Below are positions 63,754 through 64,000 of a stretch of 64,000 bases of DNA, piece by piece. A model generated the notes under the pieces. It was not told where the DNA came from. It made no database searches and saw only the letters and a program-made list of their open reading frames with translations. Numbering within the stretch: the first letter of the stretch is position 1; each line of letters begins with the position of its first letter. The position numbers were made by a program, and so were the translations under genes. Source of the DNA: Pristiophorus japonicus (Eukaryota). The DNA lies in assembly GCF_044704955.1 (NCBI RefSeq), contig NC_091980.1:133176001-133240000 (forward strand), in the 5' to 3' direction.

Positions 63754-64000
63754 TGTTAAGTATGGAAGAACTCTACTAGATTGAGTACTGTGAGCTAAAA
63801 CTGATGTGACCTTAGTCTCTTTAATACAACTCCAGAATGCCTAAGCAGCATGGCAGACAACCTTTTATACTCTCTTGCAAGAGGTGTGCAGGTGACCCTT
63901 GGGCCTCCAACAGTTGCACCCTCTGGTGGCAAGTCTTACACAGTTACAATGTTTACATACATAACATCACTCCCCGCCACCCCCCTCACCGCAAAATCTT
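63754..64000 (-). mobile_element. 3' LTR (63754-63966) and PPT of another minus-strand Gypsy element extending beyond the window
   Basis: TG...CA segment followed by a C-rich tract, the same arrangement as elements A and C. Confidence 0.75.

Overview
Repeat-rich vertebrate genomic DNA, most likely from a cartilaginous fish (inferred from the CR1/SINE repertoire and the ferritin sequences, not proven). The backbone is a head-to-tail tandem array of three duplicated units (about 1-20425, 20426-47881, 47882 to at least 61975). Each unit carries a minus-strand, 4-exon ferritin heavy/M-type gene: copy 1 is intact as far as visible (exon 4 runs off the window), copy 2 is a frameshifted pseudogene, and copy 3 encodes an intact 176-aa ORF with an LTR retrotransposon in intron 1. 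All three have a degenerate iron-responsive element. The units acquired different insertions: four two-LTR Ty3/Gypsy elements with 5-bp TSDs, solo LTRs, CR1, CR1/L2-like and RTE LINEs, and a SINE. The most unusual feature is a decayed 9.8-kb provirus (36109-45929) with ~1.3-kb LTRs, a coiled-coil Gag, an in-frame UGA-CUAG gag/pol junction and a deleted pol. Its env has paramyxovirus-F-like class I fusion architecture (lokiretrovirus-like) and an apparent N-terminal immunoglobulin domain.
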